Made by a program: the position numbers and the translations under genes
Part shown: piece after piece, positions 1 to 11,000 of the stretch
Layout: every line of letters begins with the position of its first letter
How positions within the stretch are numbered: the first letter of the stretch is position 1
DNA from: Candidatus Magasanikiibacteriota bacterium
GTDB taxonomy: Bacteria > Patescibacteriota > Patescibacteriia > Magasanikbacterales > GWA2-37-8
Assembly (NCBI GenBank): GCA_030650025.1
Contig: JAUSEN010000005.1
Coordinates: 3,631-67,630, forward strand
DNA: 64,000 nt
Direction of reading: 5' to 3'
Notes under the pieces: model-generated
The model's database searches: none
What the model was told of the DNA's origin: nothing
Seen by the model: only the letters and a program-made list of their open reading frames with translations

Positions 1-1149
1 GAGAGGCTTGTATTGGTCGGGTTCAGTAGCAGGGGGTGGCTGGCAGGCCGCGAAAGCCGTACAATCTGAATCAGCACAATCGATTTTTGTATCCTGATCA
101 TCATCTACTCCATTGCCACAGATTTCTGGAGTAGCGCCTAAGAGCTGGCAGAAGGGGCTGGCGGCGCAATCAAGATCAGCGCAGTCATTCTGGCTGTCAG
201 CGTCATCGTCTTGGCCATTATTACAAATTTCGGAGGGCGGGGCGACGCAAAGCGGGCTCCCTACGCAAGCGGCGTCTAAACAATCTGTTTGGCCGTTGGC
301 GTTATCATCAACGCCATTATTACAAATTTCTACGCCCGGAGGTGGCAAGATAATGGCGTCCGCTACCGCGCCGGTACTATATAAAACAGAAGTATTATAA
401 GAAAATACCGTATAAAAATAATGGATATTTTTTAAGACGTTGCTGTCCACAAAAGATTGCCCGGCGCCGGTATAAACTACAGTGCCGTTTGGGTCGGTCA
501 CATTGGCGGCCGGCTGCCCAATCGTGCGTAAAATTTTGACTCCGGAAAAATCGGGGATATCGTTAGGATTCGGATTATTCCAATTAACATTAAAAGCTCC
601 CCCACTCTCCACCACTAAAACATTTTGAACATTAGGGGGCGGCACAGTGCTCTTCTTGGTAGTAAAAATACTGTCAGCGGTGGCGGCGCTATTGCCGGCG
701 GCATCAGTAGAAATTATTTTAAAATGGTAAGTGGTGTTAGGGAGTAGGCTGAATAAAAAAATACCAGGCGCTCTTGAGAAAGCTCCGTCCAAGGCAGTAC
801 TGCCATACCCAGCCGTTAATCCATAATTTATTTGGCTGGAGGCAGGTTCGCTGTTTAACCAAGCGAGGCTCGAGGTAGTGATGCCAACGGTGACACTGAT
901 ATTAGATATAACGGGCGGGGTGCTATCAGGAGAACTCGTCGGGGATTTGTTGGTATCATCAGGTGGGGGTGGGGGTGGGGGTGGCGGAGGTGGAGGAGAG
1001 CCACCTCCGCCGCCAACTTGATTCACAATGCTAGCCGTAACGCCTATGGCTCCGGATTCTGTGATGGCTTCGGCTCTGGCTGATAATAAAAACTCTAACC
1101 CGATAAGCAGAGAGACAAACAATAAAATTAAGGAGAATTTGCGTTGCAT
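1..1149 (-). CDS. Secreted Fn3-like / Cys-Asp-rich repeat surface protein; only the N-terminal 383 aa are visible and the C-terminus runs off the window start
   Basis: ATG at 1149-1147 on the minus strand, 5 nt after the stop of the 1154..2074 ORF, open to the window edge (absent from the ORF track because truncated). Own translation: signal peptide MQRKFSLILLFVSLLIGLEFLLSARAEA; a poly-Pro linker encoded by the ggtggg repeats at 958-1010; two fibronectin-III-like modules; then three copies of EICNNGxDDDxDxxxDCxDxDC, which resembles the MopE-type putative metal-binding Cys motif. Confidence 0.6.
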   Translation of the reverse strand, partial: MQRKFSLILLFVSLLIGLEFLLSARAEAITESGAIGVTASIVNQVGGGGGSPPPPPPPPPPPPDDTNKSPTSSPDSTPPVISNISVTVGITTSSLAWLNSEPASSQINYGLTAGYGSTALDGAFSRAPGIFLFSLLPNTTYHFKIISTDAAGNSAATADSIFTTKKSTVPPPNVQNVLVVESGGAFNVNWNNPNPNDIPDFSGVKILRTIGQPAANVTDPNGTVVYTGAGQSFVDSNVLKNIHYFYTVFSYNTSVLYSTGAVADAIILPPPGVEICNNGVDDNANGQTDCLDAACVGSPLCVAPPSEICNNGQDDDADSQNDCADLDCAASPFCQLLGATPEICGNGVDDDQDTKIDCADSDCTAFAACQPPPATEPDQYKPL

Positions 1150-1153
1150 ATAA

Positions 1154-2074
1154 CTAATTAAGACGCCGAGCCAGGCGCTTGGTTCGAAATAATAATCCTG
1201 TGACTAGGAGGAGCCCAGCGCCAACTAAAACCACCAACCATTTGGGGGTATAGAATATGGCAGAGTTTTTGACGATAACACTTTGGCTTTGGCCATACTG
1301 CACAAAAAAACGCGCCGAATAAAATCCCGGCCAGCGAGCGCCTTCTAAAGAGAGGGGCACGGAAATTTGGCGCCACGCGCCCGGGATTAGATTATTACCA
1401 AGAGTAAGCGGCGCCGAGTAAATTTTTTTATTATTAGCAGTAGTAACTTCGATTTTACCAGTAAGAGGCACGGGAATAGTGCCAATATTATTAATAGCCA
1501 CGGGCCAAGCACGCGAAACTTTCCAGGGGTATATGGGCGTGGCACTACCGGGCGAAACCGCGAGCTCCTCCCGAACTAAACCAGCTACTTGAATATAAAT
1601 AATACTGACCAGGCGGCCGCTTAAACCAACCGCGCTTTGAGGGGTAGCCGCCTCGTTGATAGCCAACCCAACATAATGAGCGCTCGGCACGGCGTCTTGG
1701 GGCACGGAAATAACATAGGGCACGTCTCTAACCTCACCGGGGAGAATAGTGGCCGTCTCGACGTCTAGTTTTACCCAACTCTCCGCGATATCAAAACCCA
1801 CGCCAAATTCGGGGGCGCCATTTTGGCCAAGGCGTGCCCCTAAAACCGAAATAGCAAATTTTTTTGTGACCGGGCTGTCGTTATGAATGGTAATAGTATT
1901 GCTCGCTTGAGAACTCGGATCAATAAAAAAAGTGGCTTTGGCCGGGCTCAAACTCAACGCGGAAGCATGGCTCGGAATGAGGCTGGCAGAGGCGAGAAAT
2001 GAAAAAACCAAAAATAACGCCGTATAGATAACAGAGCTAAAAATTATTTTAAATATGCTTGGTGAATTTATCAT
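1154..2074 (-). CDS. Surface-anchored hypothetical protein with N-terminal signal peptide, ~240-aa ectodomain and a C-terminal TM helix plus basic tail (architecture like DUF916/CscA-type anchors)
   Basis: 306-aa ORF. N-terminus MINSPSIFKIIFSSVIYTALFLVFSFLASAS is signal-like. C-terminus PKWLVVLVGAGLLLVTGLLF followed by RTKRLARRLN. Packed in the same orientation between the neighbouring genes. Confidence 0.55.
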   Translation of the reverse strand: MINSPSIFKIIFSSVIYTALFLVFSFLASASLIPSHASALSLSPAKATFFIDPSSQASNTITIHNDSPVTKKFAISVLGARLGQNGAPEFGVGFDIAESWVKLDVETATILPGEVRDVPYVISVPQDAVPSAHYVGLAINEAATPQSAVGLSGRLVSIIYIQVAGLVREELAVSPGSATPIYPWKVSRAWPVAINNIGTIPVPLTGKIEVTTANNKKIYSAPLTLGNNLIPGAWRQISVPLSLEGARWPGFYSARFFVQYGQSQSVIVKNSAIFYTPKWLVVLVGAGLLLVTGLLFRTKRLARRLN

Positions 2075-2080
2075 AACAAG

Positions 2081-2727
2081 CTAAAAATTAGCCGAAGCGG
2101 TTAAAGTAACAACGTGGCTAAATGTAGAATCGGAGTCGCCAGAGGCCCGAGAGGCTTTAAAGTTTAAAATCACACTGTCATTGGCTATGGCAGAGGTCGA
2201 AGAAGCAACGAGCTGACCAGCTACTACCGCGCGATCATCTGAAAAAGCGGCGTGAGGCCCAGTGATGGAAAAACCATATTCCTGAACACCGGGGGAGACA
2301 GAGCCGTCCGCTACCGCTGTTGGCATTGTTCCAGAGACTCCGCCAATCGTCAGCGCATAACCATCGACAACATCGCTGGTAACAGACACGGTGGTCTCTT
2401 TAATACTAACAATCGTGTAACTTAACTGCCCTAAATTGATCGCGTTGTTACTGATGGTCAAAGTCAGGCTGCCCCGTTCCATAGCCTGATAGCCGCCGCG
2501 CACTTCGTAGCTAGTACTGGTAGTAAAACCAACGGGCGATTCTCCCGTGGTGTCTTCTATAGAATACGAAGCGCTTTGTGAGAGGATGCCGCCATTAACA
2601 CCAACAGAATCCGCGAAAATAAAATAATTAGTAGACGACATCGCGGCCAGAGCCACAAGAGGCGCGGCGAAACCAGCTATGAAGCCAGCCAAGGTTAAAA
2701 TAAATTTTATTTTCTGGTGAATCATAT
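2081..2727 (-). CDS. Small secreted Ser/Thr-rich hypothetical protein
   Basis: ORF-track ORF 2081..2767. The likely start is the internal Met of MIHQKIKFILTLAGFIAGFAAPLVALAAM, which is a signal peptide. That start abuts the stop of the upstream gene at 2730. Confidence 0.5.
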
Positions 2728-2729
2728 TT

Positions 2730-5042
2730 TTAAGGGGTGCTGGTGGCCGGGAGCGCGGGGCCGCCAACTAAGGAATTAATTTTGGTAATAACATCTTGAT
2801 TCTGGGGATTCAACTTCTTTACCTGGTAGTAATACTCGAGCGCTCTGGCTTTGGCGCCGCGGGATTCGCTTAAAAGCCCGAGGCTGTAAAGAGCGTTAGA
2901 ATTGTCCGCCTGCAGAGCTAAAACCTGCTGCCATAATTTTTCGGCATTGTCTCTGTCTCCATTCTTAGCGCGGTTATATAAAAGGCGTCCAAAATTGTAT
3001 AAAATATCCACGTCGTTTGGCAGTAGCGCATACACGGTTTGGTAGGTGGTAATAGCTTTATCTAAATTATTAGCCTGCTCATAAGCAACCGAGAGGCCTA
3101 CATAAGCAGGAGCGTAATCCTTTTTTAAATTAATGGCTTCTTGAAACAATTTTGTAGCGTTACTCCACTCGGAGGCCAGGGCATAATTGTTACCTAGGCG
3201 CCAGGCTAAAAATGGGTTGGTCGGTTCTAGGTCGCGGGCCTCAATAAGAGTATTAATCGCCAAAGAGCGCGCGCCCGGGACAAATAGCGCGGCGTTTTCA
3301 TACATCACAGTTAAGTTTTCCCAAAGAGCCACTGTCCGCGGACTCAAGGCAGTGGCGAAACGGGCAGTGACCACAGCCTGGCCGAGTAACTTACCGACTT
3401 TCTCTAAATCTGGCTTGGCAACGCGGCTCTCAACTATGGCCTGAAGCAAATAAGCTTGGGCTAACCCCGTGTGATAAGCGGCATAATTGCCGCGATAGCT
3501 AATGGCAGTTTTAACTTCTTCCTCGGCGATTTTATAGTCCTGGCTCGCTAACGCCTTAGTATAATGCCGTTCGGCAAAATAGAGGCGAAGGCCGTAAATA
3601 CCGCTAATTATCACCGCGCAGAGCACTACTATCATAACAAATGAAAACATTAAGCGATACTGGGGAGTGTCGGCAATAGCAAACTCATGGCCGCGCAGGG
3701 GCTCACCACCGGAGAGGGCGATGCCAATTGCCGTAAGAGCCAGGAGTACAAACCATAACCACCATAGCACCACGCCAAAAAATGTTACCAATAAACTGAC
3801 TGATAAAACAATCCAGGCTAAAGCTACTAAAAACACATCGAGCTGACTGCTAGGCTCTAAAATACTGCCACCGTCAGAACCCGGAAGTTCGCGGGTGGCT
3901 TTTTTAAGCTGGCGGAAACGAGCCGCTATATGCCCCAAAACCAACAAAATTATAATTAAAAGCGGAAACAAGGTAAGCACGCCACCCTCGGCCAAAATAG
4001 CGACTAGGCTACTTTGCGGACGGTGAAAACGCAATGACCAGGCAAGAGCGTCGTTATTAACGCTAACATCGCGAAACTGAGAAAAATCGATGCCAAAAGT
4101 TCCGAGGCCACTGCCGAGTAAAAAATTCTTCACTCCAAACAGCACGGTGTCGCGGGCAATCAACCAAGAAGATGCGCCATTCAACACAACCTCGGAGGGA
4201 ACAATGTTTTGAAAATTTTTCGGCGGCCCAAAGGCCAAAAGGAGCGCGGTGATTAGAAACAAAATAAACAGGACTGATAACCAACCAACGCGGCTAACCT
4301 TGATGAGAGTGATGCCGAGCGCAAGCAACAGAGCCAGAGCCAAGAGCAGTAACCACCAAATTATGGTAAAACCGAGAAGTACCAAACTGACAAAAGTGAG
4401 GAGGGCGATGAAGAAATATATCAATAACCAGGCGGCGGGCAAGGAACGGCTAATTAATTTGCCGGCCGCTAAAACAAAGATTACGATGAGCCAAACGCCA
4501 AAGGCACTATTCGCGATATCAACCGGGTTTAGCGCCGAGCCAACTAAGTAATTTAAGACGTCCCAATGCCACACGGCCTTAAGGATAAACACCAGGGCAC
4601 TGGTGCCACCGACTAAAACGATAGCGTGGACTAAAGATTCCCACCGCCTCACAGTCGAGATGGTATTAAGGCAGACAAAATACCAAATGACTGAAGAAAG
4701 AAGGAGAGCAAAACTAATAACTAAATAACTGTTGTTACCCCAAAAACTGTCGCCTCGAGCCACGGACCAAAGAGCGGATAAAAAGGCGGCAACCAACAAG
4801 CCCAGCAGGGGGAAGTCGAGAAACGAACGAACCAAAATTATTTTTTTGGAAAAAACTATTTTAACAGCAAAAACTAACAGGGCCAAAAGGCAGAGGCCCG
4901 CGCTTACTAATAACTTGCTAAGGGCAAAACTGTTAGTGACGCTGTTATCAACCGCCCAGGGCACGAGTATGGCCGCGGCGATTAAAAGGCCAAAGGTGAT
5001 CGCGTCAATTACGCGAGTGGCGTGATGGTGGATACTGAACAT
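2730..5042 (-). CDS. O-antigen-ligase-like (Wzy_C-type) polytopic membrane protein with C-terminal TPR repeats
   Basis: 770 aa with more than 10 hydrophobic segments. Contains the FGVKNFLLGSGLGTFG motif region. The C-terminal ~300 aa are TPR-like (YYYQVKKLNPQNQD, AYVGLSVAYEQANNLDKA). Confidence 0.6.
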   Translation of the reverse strand: MFSIHHHATRVIDAITFGLLIAAAILVPWAVDNSVTNSFALSKLLVSAGLCLLALLVFAVKIVFSKKIILVRSFLDFPLLGLLVAAFLSALWSVARGDSFWGNNSYLVISFALLLSSVIWYFVCLNTISTVRRWESLVHAIVLVGGTSALVFILKAVWHWDVLNYLVGSALNPVDIANSAFGVWLIVIFVLAAGKLISRSLPAAWLLIYFFIALLTFVSLVLLGFTIIWWLLLLALALLLALGITLIKVSRVGWLSVLFILFLITALLLAFGPPKNFQNIVPSEVVLNGASSWLIARDTVLFGVKNFLLGSGLGTFGIDFSQFRDVSVNNDALAWSLRFHRPQSSLVAILAEGGVLTLFPLLIIILLVLGHIAARFRQLKKATRELPGSDGGSILEPSSQLDVFLVALAWIVLSVSLLVTFFGVVLWWLWFVLLALTAIGIALSGGEPLRGHEFAIADTPQYRLMFSFVMIVVLCAVIISGIYGLRLYFAERHYTKALASQDYKIAEEEVKTAISYRGNYAAYHTGLAQAYLLQAIVESRVAKPDLEKVGKLLGQAVVTARFATALSPRTVALWENLTVMYENAALFVPGARSLAINTLIEARDLEPTNPFLAWRLGNNYALASEWSNATKLFQEAINLKKDYAPAYVGLSVAYEQANNLDKAITTYQTVYALLPNDVDILYNFGRLLYNRAKNGDRDNAEKLWQQVLALQADNSNALYSLGLLSESRGAKARALEYYYQVKKLNPQNQDVITKINSLVGGPALPATSTP

Positions 5043-5072
5043 GCACTAAAATTAAAGGTAATTAAAAAAATT

Positions 5073-8000
5073 TTATTCAGGAGCCGGTGCCAAGGTTGGG
5101 CTAGGGGTGGGTTCGGCGGGCGGCAAACTAATGGCTTCAACAATCGAAGCGGCTATTGGCTCGGCAGGAGCCGGAGCCGCGGCCTCCTCTGGCGCTATTA
5201 CCGGTTCGGTTGGTTCAGGCGGCAAAGAGGGCGCGGTAGGAGCCGGCGCCGCAGTATCGGTAACAATGATTACGGTTTCAGTGGTGGTGGCGACATTGGG
5301 GGAATCCAAATCAACACTAGGGTCAGCGGTCGTCGGAGCGGGTTGGCTGTCCAAAACAGGAGCCGGAGCCGGAGAAGATGGCGGTAAAGTAACCAGAGGG
5401 TCAAGAACAGCAGGCGAGAGCGCGGAATTATTTAAAAGATCTTTTAATTTACTTTCATCAACACAAGTGTCGCCCACACACAAAATTTGCGTATGGATTT
5501 TATCCGCGAAAAATTCTTTAACCCGCAATACGCCTTGTTCAATTTCAATGCCAAACTGCTTCAGCCACTGTAAAATTGTGCCCCAAAAACCGTCTGTGCG
5601 CGGAGGAGTGTTGGTGGCCTCTAATACTCCGTTCGGAAAGGCCCAACTGTTATTTACAAAAGCCAAGATAGTGCCATCTTCGAAGGAAGTCTCGCTCGGG
5701 TAATCTTCAGCCGCGATCGCAATGGTCGGCCCAGGCTCGGAAGCTTTTTGCGCAAAACCTGGGATGTCTGATGTGGTGAGCCTGTCACCAGCGCGAATTA
5801 CTTTATTTGCCGCCAAAATCTTGAGCGGCACTCGGCCGGCGAGCGCTACTTTACGCGTTGTGGACGAATCTAGCCCGCCTAAAGTGAAACCGGGATTGGC
5901 AGAAACAATGCCGATGGCTTTGGGGCTGTAGGCAGTACCGCATTTTTCTATTCTGGCCGGGAGGCCGCCGGTTAAACAAACCGCGTCGCCTGGCTCGGGA
6001 CAAGAATTAGTCTCATAGCAAGCCATACTAATCGGGTACAATTCAGCAAGATCTAGACTGGCTGAAGCCGTAATAAAACCGCTGGCTTGAATATACCCTC
6101 TGACTCCAAGGCCAGGGGAAGTATCAGCACCGCCATCAACATATACCTGGAAGGTGGTGGTAGGCAGAGTGGTAGTGCCAAAGAGTGAACGACCGCCGAC
6201 GACGGCGAAGGTGTTGGCGGCGGAAAGAGAATAGACCGTGGAACTAACGCCGATGCCAAATGAATTTTCTCCTGATACAGTAATACGGTTGCCAAGCGCC
6301 ATTGAACCAGTAGCACTGGCAGTAAGGTTTGTCCCTAAACCCACGCTGTTTACTCCGCTCGCGGTAACGGCATAGCCAATCGCCGTCGCTACAGTGTTGT
6401 TGGCGAAAGTCAATGCTCCTATGGCCACGCTTGAAATCCCGCTCGCAGTGGAAGAAGATCCAATCACCACTGCCGAATTGCCGCTGGCCAGTGTATTATA
6501 ACCTAGGGCAGTGGAAGACGCCCCAATATTACCATCGTCCCATTGATCCCCGGTGACTTGGCCAGCGCGAAAAGCGGCTTTGGCTGGAATCCACATGAGG
6601 CGGGTGCCGATGCCGCTCCCCGGAGTAGCGCCCGTAGTGCCGCTCGCCATAATGGCGCCATCAATAACTTCTAATTTCGCGGCCGGGGTACTAGAAGTCC
6701 CGCCGATGGTGACACTGCCATCAAAGCGAGAGGTGTCAGCATCAACCCAAAACGCGTAAGGGCCGTTGGTAAAAGTAACATTAGCAATATTGCTAGGAGC
6801 GCCGAGAATGTACGCAGAGGCTACATTCGTGATTGTTCTGGTGCTTGAGGCTGCCAGCCCTACAGAAGCAATATACAGAGGAAAGAAGCCGGTGAGAGTT
6901 GAGGTTTGGTTGCCAAGATTAATGCTTGACGCCCCGGGGGCAACTACCGCCAACCCAATGCGTAGGTCGGCCGCGCCTTTGCCAGCGGCAATACCAGGAG
7001 GCACGATGGCCGCGCCGATAGCAGCTTCAGCCGCCGAATTATCCCCACTAGAATTAATACCGAGGGTATACGCCAGTGTCAAAGTGGCAAAAGAGCCAAC
7101 CACCGGGGAGCGATCAACAGCAAAAGTGGCGGCTTCGGAAATAGTGGAAGAAGCGGTGAACGAATAAGTGGGGGCGCGCAACAAAGCGGCGCGTTGCAAA
7201 GCAACATTCCCGGCGGCCCACTGCAGGGTGCGATTAAAAGCCAGATCAAGATCAATTACTTCGGCGGTGGCAGTAAGGCTGGTATGGGCGCCGCCAATAA
7301 CAGTCAGAGCGGTACTGGTGCCAGAAGTACGAGCGGCTTGCGTAAGAATAGCGGCGGAATCGGTTATGCTGAAACGCTCGGCGCCATTGGTGGTAATTCC
7401 GACTGCAGTAGCAGAGGGGAAATAAATGCCCGTATCAGTATCAGTGGCGTTGCGCATTACCGGGGATGAAACCAGCCCTAATGAGCTAAAAATCAAGGTG
7501 CCAATATTAGCAGTGGTAATGGTAGAACTAGCTTGAGTGGTGGTGGTAAAAGTCGTAGTGGCCGTAAACGTCGTGGTATTGGAAAAAGTATTAAGTCCGG
7601 TAAATGTCTGGTCAATGGCAAGACCCGCCAAAGTGGCCGAGACAGTGGGTAGCGTCATGGTGGTGCTGTCTGTCCCGGTGAAAGCAATGGAGTTGTTGGC
7701 AGTCAAAGTTTTGCCGGCCGCGATGGTTAAGACATTAGTGCCGTTGTTCGTGATGGTGAGGCCGTTGAAGGTGGTGCCTAAGATGGTGGTGCCATTAAGA
7801 GTGGAAATATTGGCCGTGGTGATGGTCGAAGAAGAAAAAGTCGAAGTGCGGAAAGTGGTGGTGGCCGTGAAGGTGGTGGTATTGGAAAAAGTGTTGAGTC
7901 CCGAGAGCGTGTTGTTGCCCGTGAAAGTCTGGTTGGCGTCTAAAAGCGCGATGTTCGCGGTGTCTGATAAATCAGCCGACGCCAAACCTGTGACTGTGGC

Positions 8001-11000
8001 CGAACCAAAGTCAGCCAGGGTGGTGATGTGGAGGTTGGTGATGGTAGAACTGGCTTGAGTGGTGGTGGTGAACGTCGAAGTAGCGGAAACCCCAAGCGTC
8101 CCCTGAATATCAAGAGCATAGGCCGGGGTAGAGCTAGCGCCAATCACTAAACTGCCGCGTACATATGAATTGCCTGTGCCAATGCCAGCTGTCCATTGAG
8201 TACCACCAACGCCAGGCGCGTCAATCAAGAAGCCATAGCTGGTACCGATAAAACCACCGGAAGAAGTTATGGCGGGAATATATAAACCAGCCATCTGGGT
8301 GCTGGTTCCGGCGGAAATAATTTCTTGCGCGCGCAACGCGTAACTGCTGGTAACAGTGCCGCCGGATATATTTACCGTACCTCTTAACCCCTCAAGACTG
8401 CCAATCAATGAAGCAACATCTCCGGCCGAGGCAGCTGTCCCTCGCGACCCGATCAAACTGCCAGACAATTCAACTGCCCCCAAACCAGCCGTGGTTAAAT
8501 TAGAAGAATCAGCAATATAGGAGCCGCTATTAGCCGCTGAATTTACTGTGACCGTATTAGAAATACCTGGAACATTTGTGCCGCCAGTTAAGGCAGTCGT
8601 TGTCGCGATACGAAAAATAGCGGAAGTAAGAGGGGCTGTCCCTAAGCCTAGAGCTCCGTTTATTTGTTCATTCCCTGTTACTACAAACGTGGTCGCTGTG
8701 GCATTAGTTAATATGGTGTTGGTACCCGTGGCGTTGGTCCAAGTGAGGTCAGTGGGAGTTAAACTTGAAATATTAAGAGTAGTAATGTTCGCGGTGGTAA
8801 TAGTTGAACTAACCTGGGTGGTGGTGGTGAACGTCGAAGTAGCGGAAACCCCAAGCGTCCCCTGAATATCAAGAGCATAGGCCGGGGTAGAGCTAGCGCC
8901 AATCACTAAACTGCCGCGTACATATGAATTGCCTGTGCCAACCCCGAGTGTCCACTTGGTAGTGCCGGTAGCCGGAGCCTCAATACGTGCCCCATAGACG
9001 TTAGCGATGGTGCCGGCCGTAGCGCTAATTGGCGCTATATATAAACCATAGGCATTAATATGCGTGCCGCCAGACGATGAAATTGAACCATTCAGAGCTA
9101 TGGATGTTGTTACTGCCCCGCCAGACAAACTAACTTGACCTAAAATCCCGGTCGCATCATTTACCGAAGCTCCCAGGGTGGAAACATACGCATTGACACC
9201 GATAAGACTTGATACGCTGCCAGTAGATGGGGCCTGGGCAATAAATTGTCCGCCTGTAAATCCTCCCGTGTAGGTGGCGCCGTCGCTAACCCGGCCAACT
9301 TGCATAAAAAGTCCTGTTAAACTGTTTGCTATTGTACCGCTACCGTCAGTTAACTGGTAAACTACCATGCCATAGTCATCTCCGGACGTTAATACAGGCG
9401 TAGTATTAATATACAAATCGGAAATTGCTTCAAAACCATCTGGGTTCGCCACTACATCGCTGCCAATAGTAATATTCGTTGAGCTGATGTTCATAAATGG
9501 CACACCATTCGCAGAAAAACGAAATCCATTATTAACTGCCGGGACGTTAAATTGTAAATTACCATCAGTGTTGCGCCCAATTTGATAACGAGAGCCGGTA
9601 AGTGCCCGGCCGGTGGTAAAATCAAGCAGAGCGTCTGATGTAAAACTAGTTCCTGAAACATGGAGGCGAGTGGAAGTGGCGTTGGTGAGAATAAGGTTGG
9701 TTCCGGTGGCATTTGTCCAGGTGAGGCTGGTGGGGTTGAGCGCGGAAATATTCAAAGTGGTGATGTTGGCGGTCGTAATGGTACTTGAAGTTTGGGTGGT
9801 GGTGGTGAAGGCAATATTGCCGCCTCCGAAAGAAGTGATGGTTTGGTCGCCCGCCGCCGTAAGATTGAAGTCAAGGCCACGCACGTTGGTGCTGTCGGCA
9901 AAACGAAGATTATTTGCCGCGTTAGCGTAAATATTGGCGCTTCCTCCCATTCGGATTGCATTGCTTACCCCAACTCCACTTAAATTTATAGCGCGTGTCG
10001 TAGTGGCGTTAGCGGATTGTGTATCTATATGTATTCCATAACTTGTTGCGCCACCAACAGTTGATAGATTGAATATTTGCAACCCAGCAGTGTTAGTAAA
10101 TATCCCAGCTCCAGTTTGGTTTTGAACCACCAGGTTATATCCATTTGTAATCGTCCCAGCCGTAGGCACTAAATTGAACGCGCCAGCCACCATAGTTGTT
10201 AATGTTGTGGCGGCAGTCGCTTTTCTGGCATAAACATCAAGACTATAAAGAGATGCGGCCGCTCCGTTTTGCTGAGCATTTATTCTGACAGCATTATGTG
10301 ATTCGTCTTCTGCTGAATAAATTGGGCTAATATCAACAGCCGTATGTGTTCCACCTGGCGAGAAGGTTTGATTTTGCAAGGTAATACCAGTGGCAATAGC
10401 ATCGGTTGAAAGAATCCGATTTACCAAAAGAGGTTTAGAGGCAGTAATAGTCGTAGTGGCCAGGGTGGAAGTGCTAGAAACGCCAAGCGTCCCCTGGACA
10501 TCTAGCGTGTAACCAGGGGAAGCAGTACCGATACCAACTGTGCCACTAGCTGTGATTATCATTCGGCGAATGTCGTTGGTATATATATCAACTGTAGAAC
10601 TAGGAGCATTAGAGTTGGCTTTAAGCTCTAAAGCGTTCGCACCAGAATCCCAAGCCACATTAGCGGCAAATGGGATACTGGGGGTGCCCAGAGTTAAAAT
10701 GGCATAGGTGGGATCATTGATGCGAACGCGCGTACCGGCACCGCCGCCATTTCCCCAAATATCCAAACTATATCCTGGTGTGGTAGTCCCGATTCCAACT
10801 TTGCCACTACTTCCCCAGACTCCACCAATCCCCCAAATTCCACTACCGGGAAAAGTTGAGGTGCCAGTGATAGCGAGCCCAGTCGATGTGACATTCCTCA
10901 AACTAAAATTTCCACTACTGTCTGATATGGGTATGTAGGTAGAAGTCGAAGCTGAACTCGTGGCCGCCACTCCATCTAGATATTTTGAATTGAATGAAAA

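Noticed and set aside
113-400. 95-aa plus-strand ORF from the ORF track
   Set aside because: It lies entirely inside the minus-strand Fn3/Cys-repeat gene (1..1149) and is antisense to it. The translation is low-complexity with no start context. The minus-strand reading gives coherent domains.
5022-11000. Numerous plus-strand ORFs of 60-200 aa inside the giant gene (e.g. 5107..5703, 6766..7167, 7537..8058)
   Set aside because: They are antisense to a 2143-aa repetitive ORF. They are Val/Ala/Gly-rich mirror translations of Thr/Ser/Gly codons with no independent support.
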